This document shows positions 10,248 through 19,479 of a DNA stretch of 64,000 nucleotides, piece by piece. Position numbers and translations under genes: made by a program. Positions within the stretch are counted from its first letter, which is position 1, and each line of letters begins with the position of its first letter. The DNA is from Bacteroidota bacterium. Lineage in GTDB: Bacteria > Bacteroidota > Bacteroidia > AKYH767-A > 2013-40CM-41-45. The notes beneath the pieces were generated by a model that worked only from the letters and a program-made list of their open reading frames with translations, had not been told where the DNA came from and ran no database searches. The stretch spans positions 13,633 through 77,632 of the forward strand of contig JAPLDA010000076.1 of NCBI GenBank assembly GCA_026391945.1, written 5' to 3'.

Positions 10248-10463
10248 TTATTTCTTCTTATGGTTTTCCATAAAATGTTTCTTGTCGCCCATGTTGTGTT
10301 TTTTGGGATGATGATGCTTCGGATGCCTGCGGTCACCCTTTTTAATGAACATCCTTTTTTCGGTATGGATTCCGAACGTTTTTTTCGGGGGAGCCGTGTT
10401 GGCCTGTGAGAATACAGAAACGCTCAGCACAAGCAGAAGCAGGGAAATGATGATCTTTTTCAT
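10248..10463 (-). CDS. Small secreted His/Lys-rich peptide (71 aa): signal peptide plus HPKHHHPKKH...HKKK tail
   Basis: Clear signal peptide MKKIIISLLLLVLSVSVFSQA; low-complexity basic His-rich C-terminus. No homolog recognised. Confidence 0.45.
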   Translation of the reverse strand: MKKIIISLLLLVLSVSVFSQANTAPPKKTFGIHTEKRMFIKKGDRRHPKHHHPKKHNMGDKKHFMENHKKK

Positions 10464-10528
10464 TGGCTTATTTTTATTGATTTTTCTATTGACAAGGATA
10501 CCTTCTAAAGGTTTAAAGTACGGAATTT

Positions 10529-11335
10529 TTATTCGTGGATTTCGTTTTCAATGTGTTTCTGAAGAACGGTGAGTTGTTTACGCACACGGGCTGTTTCATT
10601 ATTCTTCTCAGCGGCAAGTACTCCCGGTTGATCGAGGAGAGTGATGCTCTCTCCCGCCAGCGTGTGGATATTCCGAAGGATGGTAAGTATTGCGGCAGAC
10701 GCACCATCTTTCAATCTCCCCAATACGGCAACCCGGTGAATGGTCATTAACCTTTCCCTTCCCGTTTTCAGGTCATGTCTGGTTTTATTCAGTTTCACCG
10801 CAGCCTGTAACAGCAGGAATGCAAAAATGACTGTAAGCGCAATGATGCCAAGGGAAAAATAATGTTTGAAAGATTTTCTTTTGCTGACCAGGTTTTCATT
10901 GTCGGTTTGAAGTTGCTGAACCGAATTCTGTATCGACACAAAAGCATCGCCATCACTTTTTTCCTGGTTCGCAATATTCTGGTTCATTTTTTTTATCACC
11001 TCAGCTTTCTCCATGGCTAAAAATCCTTCCTTCATGGAAAGATATTTTTGAAAGACGACATATCCTTGTTTGAAATGATTGTTGATGGAATACCCATTGG
11101 TGACGGCCCGGTAGGTTTCAAGCAAAAGCTGCTGCTGATCTTTCCCCGTTACGGGATGCTCGTCAAAATATCGGAGCTGTTGTTGCAACACATCCAGCGA
11201 TTCTGTTTTGATGTACGTGTTTTTAGCCGCCGTGTTGATTTGAAGCAGGTCGGGAACAGCAGGAACAACAGGATCCTGAGCACTGGCGGATTTCAATGAA
11301 ATGAATAACAATAACAGGACGGTTATTTTTTTCAT
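10529..11335 (-). CDS. Membrane protein: signal peptide, helical periplasmic domain, one TM helix, ~80-aa cytoplasmic tail. Paralogous in architecture to the N-terminal half of the kinase-like gene upstream.
   Basis: 268 aa; TM segment GIIALTVIFAFLLLQAAV; overlaps the upstream gene by 4 nt (ATGA), suggesting co-transcription. Confidence 0.55.
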   Translation of the reverse strand: MKKITVLLLLFISLKSASAQDPVVPAVPDLLQINTAAKNTYIKTESLDVLQQQLRYFDEHPVTGKDQQQLLLETYRAVTNGYSINNHFKQGYVVFQKYLSMKEGFLAMEKAEVIKKMNQNIANQEKSDGDAFVSIQNSVQQLQTDNENLVSKRKSFKHYFSLGIIALTVIFAFLLLQAAVKLNKTRHDLKTGRERLMTIHRVAVLGRLKDGASAAILTILRNIHTLAGESITLLDQPGVLAAEKNNETARVRKQLTVLQKHIENEIHE

Positions 11336-12594
11336 GAGTGAGTGAAGAATTTAAGATACACATCGGTTCCGTTTCCCGCTTCCGATTCTATTTTAATTTC
11401 CCCATTGTTCTCAGTAAGAATTCGCCGGCTGAACGAAAGTCCAAGCCCGTTGCCTTCACCGGCTTCTCTTGTCGAAAAGAAAGGCTCATGAACCTGTTCC
11501 ATGATCACATCAGGAATTCCATCACCGTTGTCTTTGATTCTGACCTGCACAAACCGCGGAAGTACGCGGGTGCTGATGCTCACTTTGGGAATATATCCTT
11601 TGATTTCTTTTTTTGATTTTTCATTTACCGCTTGGAATGCATTGGCGAGTACATTCAGCAACAAACTTCCAATGGCTTCCGGGATGGCTTTGATGGCGGG
11701 TAAGTTCTTTTCGAAATCTTTGCTAAGCTGACATGAAAAAGTTCCCTCGGTCGTGATCATTTCACTGTATGCAAAATCACTGTACCGGTCACACAGCCGG
11801 TTCATGTCAACCGGTTTTTTTTCAGTTCCCGGCTCTCCATGCTGTTCATCAACGACTTTCAATAGGCTTTCGATACGGTTGATGCCGGAGAATATAAGTC
11901 CTGAATTTTTCTGCAGCGTCACGACGGAATGGTCTTTTGAATGTTCAGCCGGAAGATTTTCACTGACTTGAGCGACCTGTTTTTGCAGTTCGGAAGCCGC
12001 TGCCATGAAAGGAGGCAATTTTATTTTCCATTGTCCTGATTGAACAAAAAGTTCTTCACCGTTTTGAAACAACTGTTCGGAATTTTTCAGTTGTGTTTGC
12101 ATTCGATTCAGTTCTTTCCCCGATTTTTTTACCATCCTGTTTCTCCAGCTCAGTAAAATCAAAACTAAAAACAGCCAGGCAAAAAAGGCAATGCCTGCTT
12201 TGCGAATCAGGACGTGGTATTTATCCGTAAATGTTTCTTTGTCCTGATGGAGTTGATCCAGCGATGATTTCAAATCTCCGGTTTCGGTTCTTTGTTTTTC
12301 CATCTTGCCTGAATATGCTTTTCGAAGCGCATCCAGCGTATCTTCTTTTTCTTTTTCAAAAAGAGAGTCCTGCATCTTGTCGTATTTCTGCATTTCATCC
12401 AGTCCGAAACGATTCAGGTTTTTTGCACAGTAGGCGTCGGCTTTGTTTTTAAACTCACCCAGGATTCTCTGATGTTCAGGTGAAGAAATAACCGTCGTCG
12501 TTTCTTCTCCAAAGGAAACTACGGTGAATTTTAACATACACCAACTCAGCACAAATAATATTCTGAAAAATTTGTTCATTCGATCGTTGACCAA
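11332..12594 (-). CDS. Sensor histidine kinase-like protein: signal peptide, periplasmic coiled-coil domain, TM helix, C-terminal HATPase_c (GHKL) domain. No canonical HisKA H-box was recognised.
   Basis: 420 aa; N-box LLNVLANAFQAV, G-boxes DNGDGIP and GEGNGLGLS. No H-E-L-R-x-P-L type motif found between the TM helix and the ATPase domain. Confidence 0.6.
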   Translation of the reverse strand: MVNDRMNKFFRILFVLSWCMLKFTVVSFGEETTTVISSPEHQRILGEFKNKADAYCAKNLNRFGLDEMQKYDKMQDSLFEKEKEDTLDALRKAYSGKMEKQRTETGDLKSSLDQLHQDKETFTDKYHVLIRKAGIAFFAWLFLVLILLSWRNRMVKKSGKELNRMQTQLKNSEQLFQNGEELFVQSGQWKIKLPPFMAAASELQKQVAQVSENLPAEHSKDHSVVTLQKNSGLIFSGINRIESLLKVVDEQHGEPGTEKKPVDMNRLCDRYSDFAYSEMITTEGTFSCQLSKDFEKNLPAIKAIPEAIGSLLLNVLANAFQAVNEKSKKEIKGYIPKVSISTRVLPRFVQVRIKDNGDGIPDVIMEQVHEPFFSTREAGEGNGLGLSFSRRILTENNGEIKIESEAGNGTDVYLKFFTHS

Positions 12595-12714
12595 TTACTT
12601 GCAAAGTACCTGAAGTGCATCAAATAACCATGAATTGACTTTAAAACTTTTCAACGTTGAATTGTGTATGACTTGAATGATTGGGAACTATTTACCACTT
12701 TCGCGTTTCGATAA

Positions 12715-14658
12715 ATGAGAATGAGGATGTACAAGTTCAAACGATTCTTCAAGTGGCTCGTGATCTGCATGGCAGGATTTGTCGTCGTCTTCTTTCTGGC
12801 GAGGAATGTTATCCTTCATAAAGTGTTTGAGCGGATGGCCGGGAAGATGAAGGAAAAGTACGGGACGGAAGTTTCAGTTTCTGAATTGCATTTTTCCGGA
12901 GTCAGTGGAATTGTTGTTACAAAACTGGCTGTCGTCCCGGAACATTCAGATACCTTGCTTACGGTGGATTCATTGTATGTGTGCCCGTCGTTGTTTCGTC
13001 TTCTCATCGGCAAAGCGAGGATCCATGAAGCAGTTGCCAGGAACATCTCCCTTTCAGTTGTCAGGAAGAAAGGGTTCAGCAATGTTGATCGGTTCTTTAA
13101 AAAATCAGAACCGGATTCAACAGGAAAACATGCCGGACGGAATTTTGCTCAGTCATTAAACCGCGTCGCCACCGGAACATTCGACCTGTTTCCACAACAG
13201 ATGAATCTTCAGAATATCTCTGTTCGTTATCAGCGTGACGATGATATTGAAAAAGTGATGATTCCTTTTGTGACGGCTACTGAAGAAGCCATCGAATCAT
13301 CCATTCTGAATCTTCGGGATTCTTCGCAATGGAACTTGTCCGGGAATTTCTCTCAGCGTAAAAGAACATGTGATTTCAAAATTTTTCCCGGTGACACTGT
13401 CCCAACCGATTTACCGTTTCTTCAAACTTTGTTTTCGGTGAAATGCCGGTTCGATACGTTGCATGTCATGTTAAGCAAGTATGATTATTCCGGCGGACAG
13501 GCAGGTTTTTCAGGAAATGTTTCCACCGACCGTTTTTTTCTTCAGCATCCGAAAATCTCCGATGAGCCGGTCGGAGTGGATCATGCTGATTTCAGTTTCA
13601 GTTTCCGCGCAACGAAAAATTCTTTTTCACTGGATACAACCTCTATACTGGAACTGAATAAAATATTGCTTCATCCATCTTTCGAAATTACGAATGACGA
13701 AAAGAAAGTTTACAAGATTGGAATGGAAACGGAACGTCTTTCTGCCAACGATTTCTTCAATTCGCTTCCTTCCGGAATTTTTGATGAAGTGAATGGGGTG
13801 AAGGCAGATGGAACTCTTCAGTATTCACTTGGTTTCAGAATGGATTCATCTCAACCCGACAGCCTGTTTTTTAATTCTTCCATGAAGAAAGAAAGTTTCA
13901 GGCTGAGAAATCCCGGCAAAGAAAATCTTCTGAAGATGAATGAGGAATTTCTGTTTTCCGTTTTTGAACAGGAAAAATTTGTACGGTCTTTTTTGGTAGG
14001 ACCTTCCAATCCCGGATTTACTCCGTTGCTGCAGATAGCTCCGTCTTTTAAAAATGCCGTGATGACTTCTGAAGACGGAAGTTTTTTCTTCCACAACGGA
14101 TTTAATGAAGACGCTTTCAGGAAATCGATTGCAGCCAATTACCAGGCAGGAAAATTTGTCCGCGGCGGAAGCACCATTACCATGCAACTGGTAAAAAATG
14201 TTTTTCTCAACCGTCATAAAACCATTGCAAGAAAGGCCGAGGAAGCGCTCATCGTATGGCTCATCGAAAGCAATCATCTCTGCAGCAAGGAGCGCATGTT
14301 CGAAGTGTACCTGAACATCATCGAACTCGGTCCCGGCATTTATGGTATCGGTGAAGCATCCCGTTTTTATTTCAACAAAAAACCTTCGGAACTGAACCTT
14401 GCGGAAAGTGTTTTCCTCGCCAGTCTATTGCCGCGGCCGAAATGGTTTAAATATTCTTTTGATGAAACCGGTAACCTGAAACCCTATTTTGCCGGTTACT
14501 ACCGCGTGGTCGCGAATTTTTTATTGAAGAAGAACCTGGTCACACAGGAGGAATATGATCACCTGGAACCGCGTGTTGAATTGAAAGGGCCTGCTAAAAA
14601 CCTGGTCAGCCCGGCCGATAGTTTGCCGGCTTTGGAAGAAGAAAAAGAAACGGATTAA
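12715..14658 (+). CDS. Membrane-anchored protein with an AsmA-like N-terminal region fused to a C-terminal GT51 peptidoglycan glycosyltransferase (transglycosylase) domain
   Basis: 647 aa. GT51 motifs: EDGSFFFHNGFN (motif I), GGSTITMQLVKN (II), RKAEEA (III), EVYLNIIELGPGIYGIGEASRFYF, LAESVFLASLLPRP. N-terminus has a TM anchor followed by beta-rich repeats. Confidence 0.65.
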   Translation: MRMRMYKFKRFFKWLVICMAGFVVVFFLARNVILHKVFERMAGKMKEKYGTEVSVSELHFSGVSGIVVTKLAVVPEHSDTLLTVDSLYVCPSLFRLLIGKARIHEAVARNISLSVVRKKGFSNVDRFFKKSEPDSTGKHAGRNFAQSLNRVATGTFDLFPQQMNLQNISVRYQRDDDIEKVMIPFVTATEEAIESSILNLRDSSQWNLSGNFSQRKRTCDFKIFPGDTVPTDLPFLQTLFSVKCRFDTLHVMLSKYDYSGGQAGFSGNVSTDRFFLQHPKISDEPVGVDHADFSFSFRATKNSFSLDTTSILELNKILLHPSFEITNDEKKVYKIGMETERLSANDFFNSLPSGIFDEVNGVKADGTLQYSLGFRMDSSQPDSLFFNSSMKKESFRLRNPGKENLLKMNEEFLFSVFEQEKFVRSFLVGPSNPGFTPLLQIAPSFKNAVMTSEDGSFFFHNGFNEDAFRKSIAANYQAGKFVRGGSTITMQLVKNVFLNRHKTIARKAEEALIVWLIESNHLCSKERMFEVYLNIIELGPGIYGIGEASRFYFNKKPSELNLAESVFLASLLPRPKWFKYSFDETGNLKPYFAGYYRVVANFLLKKNLVTQEEYDHLEPRVELKGPAKNLVSPADSLPALEEEKETD

Positions 14659-14661
14659 CAT

Positions 14662-15141
14662 TTACACGGCCATGCAATTCAGTTGTTCCATCCTGTGCTG
14701 AAGTTCATTGAACGGAGCATACCTGGAAAAACGATCGCGGATGAGTTGAAGCATGGCTTCAGCTTTCTGAAGATGAAAACTTCTGACACGGTAAAATTCA
14801 GTTTCGGTCGTCTCACCGTTTTTGATGGCGGCACTTTTCAGGTCATCCCCGGCATCACAGAGGAAAATACGGCAACTGAGATCAAGCAGTGCATAGAAGA
14901 AAAGAACTTCCTCCGAATCAAAAGAGATGATTTCGCCGGTTTCATATTGTGAATTGTGAATTTCAAAATCGTCCAGCATTTCTTCCATGAAAATGTGGAG
15001 ACGCACGGCTTCCCGGATGAGGTCATAATCCGGGTGAAGGAGAATGAACTTCCCGGCAGCAATGGAAATGTTCACCAGTTGTTTAAAATCCCTGGTAACG
15101 TTCACCGCTAATTTATCGCCGTATAAAACAGATGCAGTCAT
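14662..15141 (-). CDS. Hypothetical protein (159 aa), no recognisable domain
   Basis: ORF only. Convergent with the upstream transglycosylase-fusion gene (4-nt gap after its stop); its 5' end faces the divergently transcribed miaE. Confidence 0.4.
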   Translation of the reverse strand: MTASVLYGDKLAVNVTRDFKQLVNISIAAGKFILLHPDYDLIREAVRLHIFMEEMLDDFEIHNSQYETGEIISFDSEEVLFFYALLDLSCRIFLCDAGDDLKSAAIKNGETTETEFYRVRSFHLQKAEAMLQLIRDRFSRYAPFNELQHRMEQLNCMAV

Positions 15142-15198
15142 GGTTGTTTCTTAGTACAAATGTAAAACGTAAATGGTTACTTTAACGGATAAATATTT

Positions 15199-15843
15199 TT
15201 GAAAATATTCCGGTGTTCCTTGCATTATTATTTTTATTTTCGTATGCTGAAAAAAAATAAAATGCTTGGATTGAAATTACCAACCGATCCGCGATGGGTT
15301 CGCCTCGTGGAAACCAATATTGAAGAGATCCTCACCGATCATGCATTCTGTGAGCAGAAGGCCGCCACCAATGCCATCACCATCGTGGTGCAATATCCCG
15401 AATACACTGACCTCGTGGATGCCATGCTTGAACTGGCAAAGGAAGAGCTTACGCATTTTCAGCAGGTGCATGAAAAAATTAAAAAGCGCGGATGGAGTTT
15501 AGGAAGGGAAAGAAAAGATGAATACGTGAACGAACTCGCTTCCTTCATGCGGAAAGGGCACCGGAGAAATATTGTGCTCGTCGATAAACTTTTGTTCGGA
15601 GCGATGATTGAAGCCAGAAGCTGTGAGCGGTTCAAGGTATTATCCGAAAACATAAAAGACGAGGATCTGAAAATATTCTACCGCGACCTGATGATCAGCG
15701 AGGCCAATCACTACACGTTGTTCATCGGCTTTGCAAGAAAGTACAGCGGGGGAGAAGACGTGGATAAACGCTGGCAGGAATTTTTAGATTTCGAAGCCGG
15801 TGTCATCGCAAAGTATGGAAAGAAAGAAACGGTTCACGGTTAG
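15199..15843 (+). CDS. miaE: tRNA-(ms2io6A37)-hydroxylase MiaE (ferritin-like di-iron enzyme). The start is probably the internal Met at about 15244.
   Basis: ILTDHAFCEQKAATNA matches the conserved MiaE block LLTDHLICELKAAQTA. Second iron-binding helix EELTHFQQVHE. Confidence 0.75.
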   Translation: MKIFRCSLHYYFYFRMLKKNKMLGLKLPTDPRWVRLVETNIEEILTDHAFCEQKAATNAITIVVQYPEYTDLVDAMLELAKEELTHFQQVHEKIKKRGWSLGRERKDEYVNELASFMRKGHRRNIVLVDKLLFGAMIEARSCERFKVLSENIKDEDLKIFYRDLMISEANHYTLFIGFARKYSGGEDVDKRWQEFLDFEAGVIAKYGKKETVHG

Positions 15844-16271
15844 AGTTTCCCTTCCTCAAACTTCCGGATGGCCTCTTTCCATTCGTCCGGAATTTCAATC
15901 GACTTTTTTATGTCGTAGTCGAAAGCCACCATCACCGTAACACCGTCGGCCATGAGCTGTTCTTTTTTTTCAACCATCCTGACGATGCGGTATTCGAGGT
16001 CGAAACTTTTTGTACCAAGCCGGGAACATCTCGTGTAAACCGATAGTTCATCTTTAAAGTTGATCGGGATGATGAAATTAATTTCCGCCTTCGCGAGGAT
16101 GATTCCTTTCCGTGACCAGTCGTATTTCCATTCGGCCACTTCATCAAAATAGTTTACACGCGCGATTTCCAGGTAGGTGAGGTAAACGGCATTGTTGACA
16201 TGATTGAAGGCATCGATATCAGCAAACCTCGTTTCAATTTTCGTTTTATGTTTGAAAAGATTGATTTCCAT
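15840..16271 (-). CDS. Acyl-CoA thioesterase, 4HBT/YbgC family
   Basis: 143 aa, hotdog fold motif FADIDAFNHVNNAVYLTYLE. Confidence 0.8.
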   Translation of the reverse strand: MEINLFKHKTKIETRFADIDAFNHVNNAVYLTYLEIARVNYFDEVAEWKYDWSRKGIILAKAEINFIIPINFKDELSVYTRCSRLGTKSFDLEYRIVRMVEKKEQLMADGVTVMVAFDYDIKKSIEIPDEWKEAIRKFEEGKL

Positions 16272-16328
16272 TTTCTAAATTCTGAATTTTCGACTTTCGA
16301 CTTTTAACTTTTGACTTTAATCCCTGCC

Positions 16329-18221
16329 TCACGCTTCCACCTTCTTACCCTCTGCATCCAACTTCGAGTAAACGGAATTATGCGACACATACTCCGGAAC
16401 AATCTGTTTCATCTTCCTCACAATGGCTTCATTGTTCTGGGCACCGAATAAACCGGTGAGTTCTGAAATTTCCTTTTCGATGGTTTGGAAATCATATTCC
16501 CTCACACGGGCAATCATGATTTTCGAATGATGCGTCGGCAGTGTTTTTTCCTTGTCATTCAAAAGCTCTTCGTAAATTTTTTCTCCAGGCCTCAGTCCAG
16601 TAAATACAATCCGGATATCTTTATCCAGTGCAAGTCCTGAGAGCTTGATCATTTTTTGTGCGAGGTCAAAAATTTTCACGCTCTTACCCATGTCAAAAAT
16701 AAAAATCTCCCCGCCTTGTCCCATGGCTCCGGCTTCGAGTACCAGCTGGCAGGCTTCGGGAATGGTCATGAAAAACCGCGTGATGTCAGGATGTGTAACG
16801 GTAACCGGTCCGCCTTCTTCAATCTGTTTCTTGAATCTTGGAATCACGGAGCCGTTTGAATCCAGAACGTTTCCAAAACGCGTGGTGATGAAACGTGTGT
16901 CGGAAATTTTATTCAGCGACTGGCAATAAATTTCCGCGATCCGTTTGGTGGCGCCCATGATGCTGGTCGGGTTCACGGCTTTATCGGTGGAGATCATCAC
17001 GAATTTTTCCACGTGGTATTCATGGGCAAGGTCGGCAATGGTTTTCGTTCCGTACACATTGGTGAGAATACTTTCTGAAGGATTGTTTTCCATCAGCGGA
17101 ACATGCTTGTACGCGGCGGCGTGAAAGACAAGCTGCGGATGAAAGGCATCAAAGACTCTTCTCATGCGCTCTTCCTTGCTGATGTCGCCGATCACAGTCT
17201 CGAAATTTTTCATCCCGAAACGCTCATGGATCTCCAGTTCCAGTTCGTACAACGGTGATTCGGCCTGGTCGACGACGATGATTTTGGCCGGGTTAAACGG
17301 AATGATCTGTCTCACGATTTCACTTCCGATCGATCCGGCACCGCCCGTTATCAGCACGACTTTCCCGAGTATTTCATTCCGGATTTTTTCTTTGTCAAGC
17401 TGGATGGGCTCACGTTCCAGGAGTTCATCAATTTTTATTTTCCGGAGTTGGTTGAAGCTGAGTTGCCCGTTGATCCAGCTGTTCACAGGCGGAACATTGA
17501 GTACCTTCGTATCGTAACCGATGCACGTCTCAATAATTTCCTGTTTTCTTTTCGGTGAAATATTTTGAATGCTGATTATCAGGTTGGCGCTGGGATGCGT
17601 CCTGAGCAGATCGTCAAGGTCTTTGGCGGAATCATAAATAGGAATGCCTTCGAGAGTCTTTCCGCTTTTTTTCGGATCATCATCTACGAAGGCAATCACC
17701 TTGTACCGGGTTCCCTTGTCACGATCAAGTGCGCGTTTCGTAATCACGCCCGATTCACCTGCGCCATAAATAATGACATCGGTTTTATCTTTGGAAGGAT
17801 TCTTCAGTTCCATGTAAAGAGTCTTCACAAAAATTCTTGCAGAGATCAGGATGAACGTGGTGGTGATGTAATCAATGATCACAATGGAAAATGGGATCAG
17901 GTACACTTTAAAGAACTGGTAGGAAACCAGGTTGGCAACCACAAAAATCATGGAGCCTAAAGTGACTGTAAAAAATATTCTCTGAGCATCTTTGGTACTC
18001 GTGTACCGGATGATTCCGGCATAAAGTTTAAAAATAAGAAAGCTGGAAACGCGGACTATGATCAACGCAGAAAATGAAATGCCGAACGCAGCAATTTCTA
18101 TCCGCGGAACCTGAAAATTAAACCGGAGGAGGTAAGCCAGTATCAGCGAGCCAATGCAGGCAGTGATGTCAAACAGGAAGATGATCCAGCGGGGAGTGTT
18201 CCGGTCAGTGAGTTTGAACAT
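16329..18221 (-). CDS. Membrane-bound polysaccharide biosynthesis protein, CapD/PglF/WbpM-like UDP-GlcNAc 4,6-dehydratase
   Basis: 630 aa; four N-terminal TM helices; Rossmann motif VLITGGAGSIGSEI; short-chain dehydratase catalytic region. Confidence 0.8.
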   Translation of the reverse strand: MFKLTDRNTPRWIIFLFDITACIGSLILAYLLRFNFQVPRIEIAAFGISFSALIIVRVSSFLIFKLYAGIIRYTSTKDAQRIFFTVTLGSMIFVVANLVSYQFFKVYLIPFSIVIIDYITTTFILISARIFVKTLYMELKNPSKDKTDVIIYGAGESGVITKRALDRDKGTRYKVIAFVDDDPKKSGKTLEGIPIYDSAKDLDDLLRTHPSANLIISIQNISPKRKQEIIETCIGYDTKVLNVPPVNSWINGQLSFNQLRKIKIDELLEREPIQLDKEKIRNEILGKVVLITGGAGSIGSEIVRQIIPFNPAKIIVVDQAESPLYELELEIHERFGMKNFETVIGDISKEERMRRVFDAFHPQLVFHAAAYKHVPLMENNPSESILTNVYGTKTIADLAHEYHVEKFVMISTDKAVNPTSIMGATKRIAEIYCQSLNKISDTRFITTRFGNVLDSNGSVIPRFKKQIEEGGPVTVTHPDITRFFMTIPEACQLVLEAGAMGQGGEIFIFDMGKSVKIFDLAQKMIKLSGLALDKDIRIVFTGLRPGEKIYEELLNDKEKTLPTHHSKIMIARVREYDFQTIEKEISELTGLFGAQNNEAIVRKMKQIVPEYVSHNSVYSKLDAEGKKVEA

Positions 18222-18346
18222 GGGCAGTCAATACGAATTGAATCAGTTTTCAAAGATAACAGAAAAAAAATACTGCCGGTCATTGTTTTCATTCGTTTTT
18301 AATCTGTCCGCCCGCGTGTTTTTTTATCTTTACCGCCCGATCAGAA

Positions 18347-19438
18347 GTGTTTTTTAGAGACCCATCGATGAAAATTTTGTTCATTACTCCTTACCCGCAA
18401 GGAGAAGCGCCAAGCCAGCGCTTCCGGTTTGAACAGTATTTTCCGGAATTGCAAAAACGCGGGTATACATTTCATGTTTCTCCGTTCATCGACCGGAAAG
18501 CCTGGAGTCACTTGTATAAAAAGGGGCATTGGTACAGCAAGCTCACCGGGATTCTCAGGGGAATCATCCGCAGGTTTCGCGACTTGTTTAGCATGGGTAA
18601 AGTTGATTTTGTTTTCATTCACCGGGAAGCAATGCCTTTCGGGCCGGCTTTTTTTGAATGGCTGATCACACATGTTTTTAAGAAGAAAACGATTTATGAT
18701 TTTGATGATGCCATCTGGCTGCCGAATGCATCGGAGAACAACAGCCAACTCACCATGTTGTTAAAGAGGTTTCATAATCCCAGGAACATTTGCCGGTGGG
18801 CAAACAAAGTTTCAGTTGGAAATAATTTTCTCGGTGATTTTGCCAGGCAATACAACACGAATGTCGTTTACAACCCGACTACGATTGACACGGATGAACA
18901 TCACAATACCACCACCGATCACAGCAATCATAAATTCATCATCGGCTGGACAGGCAGTCATTCCACGCTACCTTACCTCGATATTCTGGTACCTGTGATC
19001 CGTGAACTGGAACAGAAATTTGATTTTGAATTTCATGTGATCTGTGATGTGACTCCGAAGTTTCAGCTGAAGTCGCTGGTGTTTGTGAAATGGAGCAAGC
19101 AGGATGAAATCGATGACCTCCTGAATTTTAACGTAGGTGTAATGCCCATGCCCGATGATCCGTGGACACGAGGCAAATGTGGTTTCAAAGCGCTGCAGTA
19201 CATGGCGCTTGGAGTTCCGGCAGTGGTTTCCAATGTAGGAGTCAATCCGATGATCGTTGACCATGAGGTGAACGGATGCGTGTGCAACACCATCGACGAC
19301 TGGAAATTTTATCTCTCTAAATTGCTGAGTGAGCCTGATTACCTCCGGAAACTTAGCAATCATAGCAGGGAGAAAATCGTTTCCGGATATTCCCTTCAGT
19401 CTAACAGGAAAAATTTTATGAGCCTGTTCTCAGACTGA
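18347..19438 (+). CDS. Glycosyltransferase (GT-B fold; family not resolved from sequence). Start probably at MKILFITPYP, about 18368.
   Basis: 363 aa; MKILFITPYP N-terminus and a C-terminal half typical of GT-B sugar-donor binding domains. Confidence 0.6.
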   Translation: MFFRDPSMKILFITPYPQGEAPSQRFRFEQYFPELQKRGYTFHVSPFIDRKAWSHLYKKGHWYSKLTGILRGIIRRFRDLFSMGKVDFVFIHREAMPFGPAFFEWLITHVFKKKTIYDFDDAIWLPNASENNSQLTMLLKRFHNPRNICRWANKVSVGNNFLGDFARQYNTNVVYNPTTIDTDEHHNTTTDHSNHKFIIGWTGSHSTLPYLDILVPVIRELEQKFDFEFHVICDVTPKFQLKSLVFVKWSKQDEIDDLLNFNVGVMPMPDDPWTRGKCGFKALQYMALGVPAVVSNVGVNPMIVDHEVNGCVCNTIDDWKFYLSKLLSEPDYLRKLSNHSREKIVSGYSLQSNRKNFMSLFSD

Positions 19439-19479
19439 ATAAAATTAAAACGATATATTTGAACATTAAAAATTAATGT

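Noticed and set aside
18341-18748. 135-aa minus-strand ORF overlapping the 5' end of the glycosyltransferase gene
   Set aside because: Antisense to a well-supported GT-B gene. No motif, and a biased composition typical of shadow frames.
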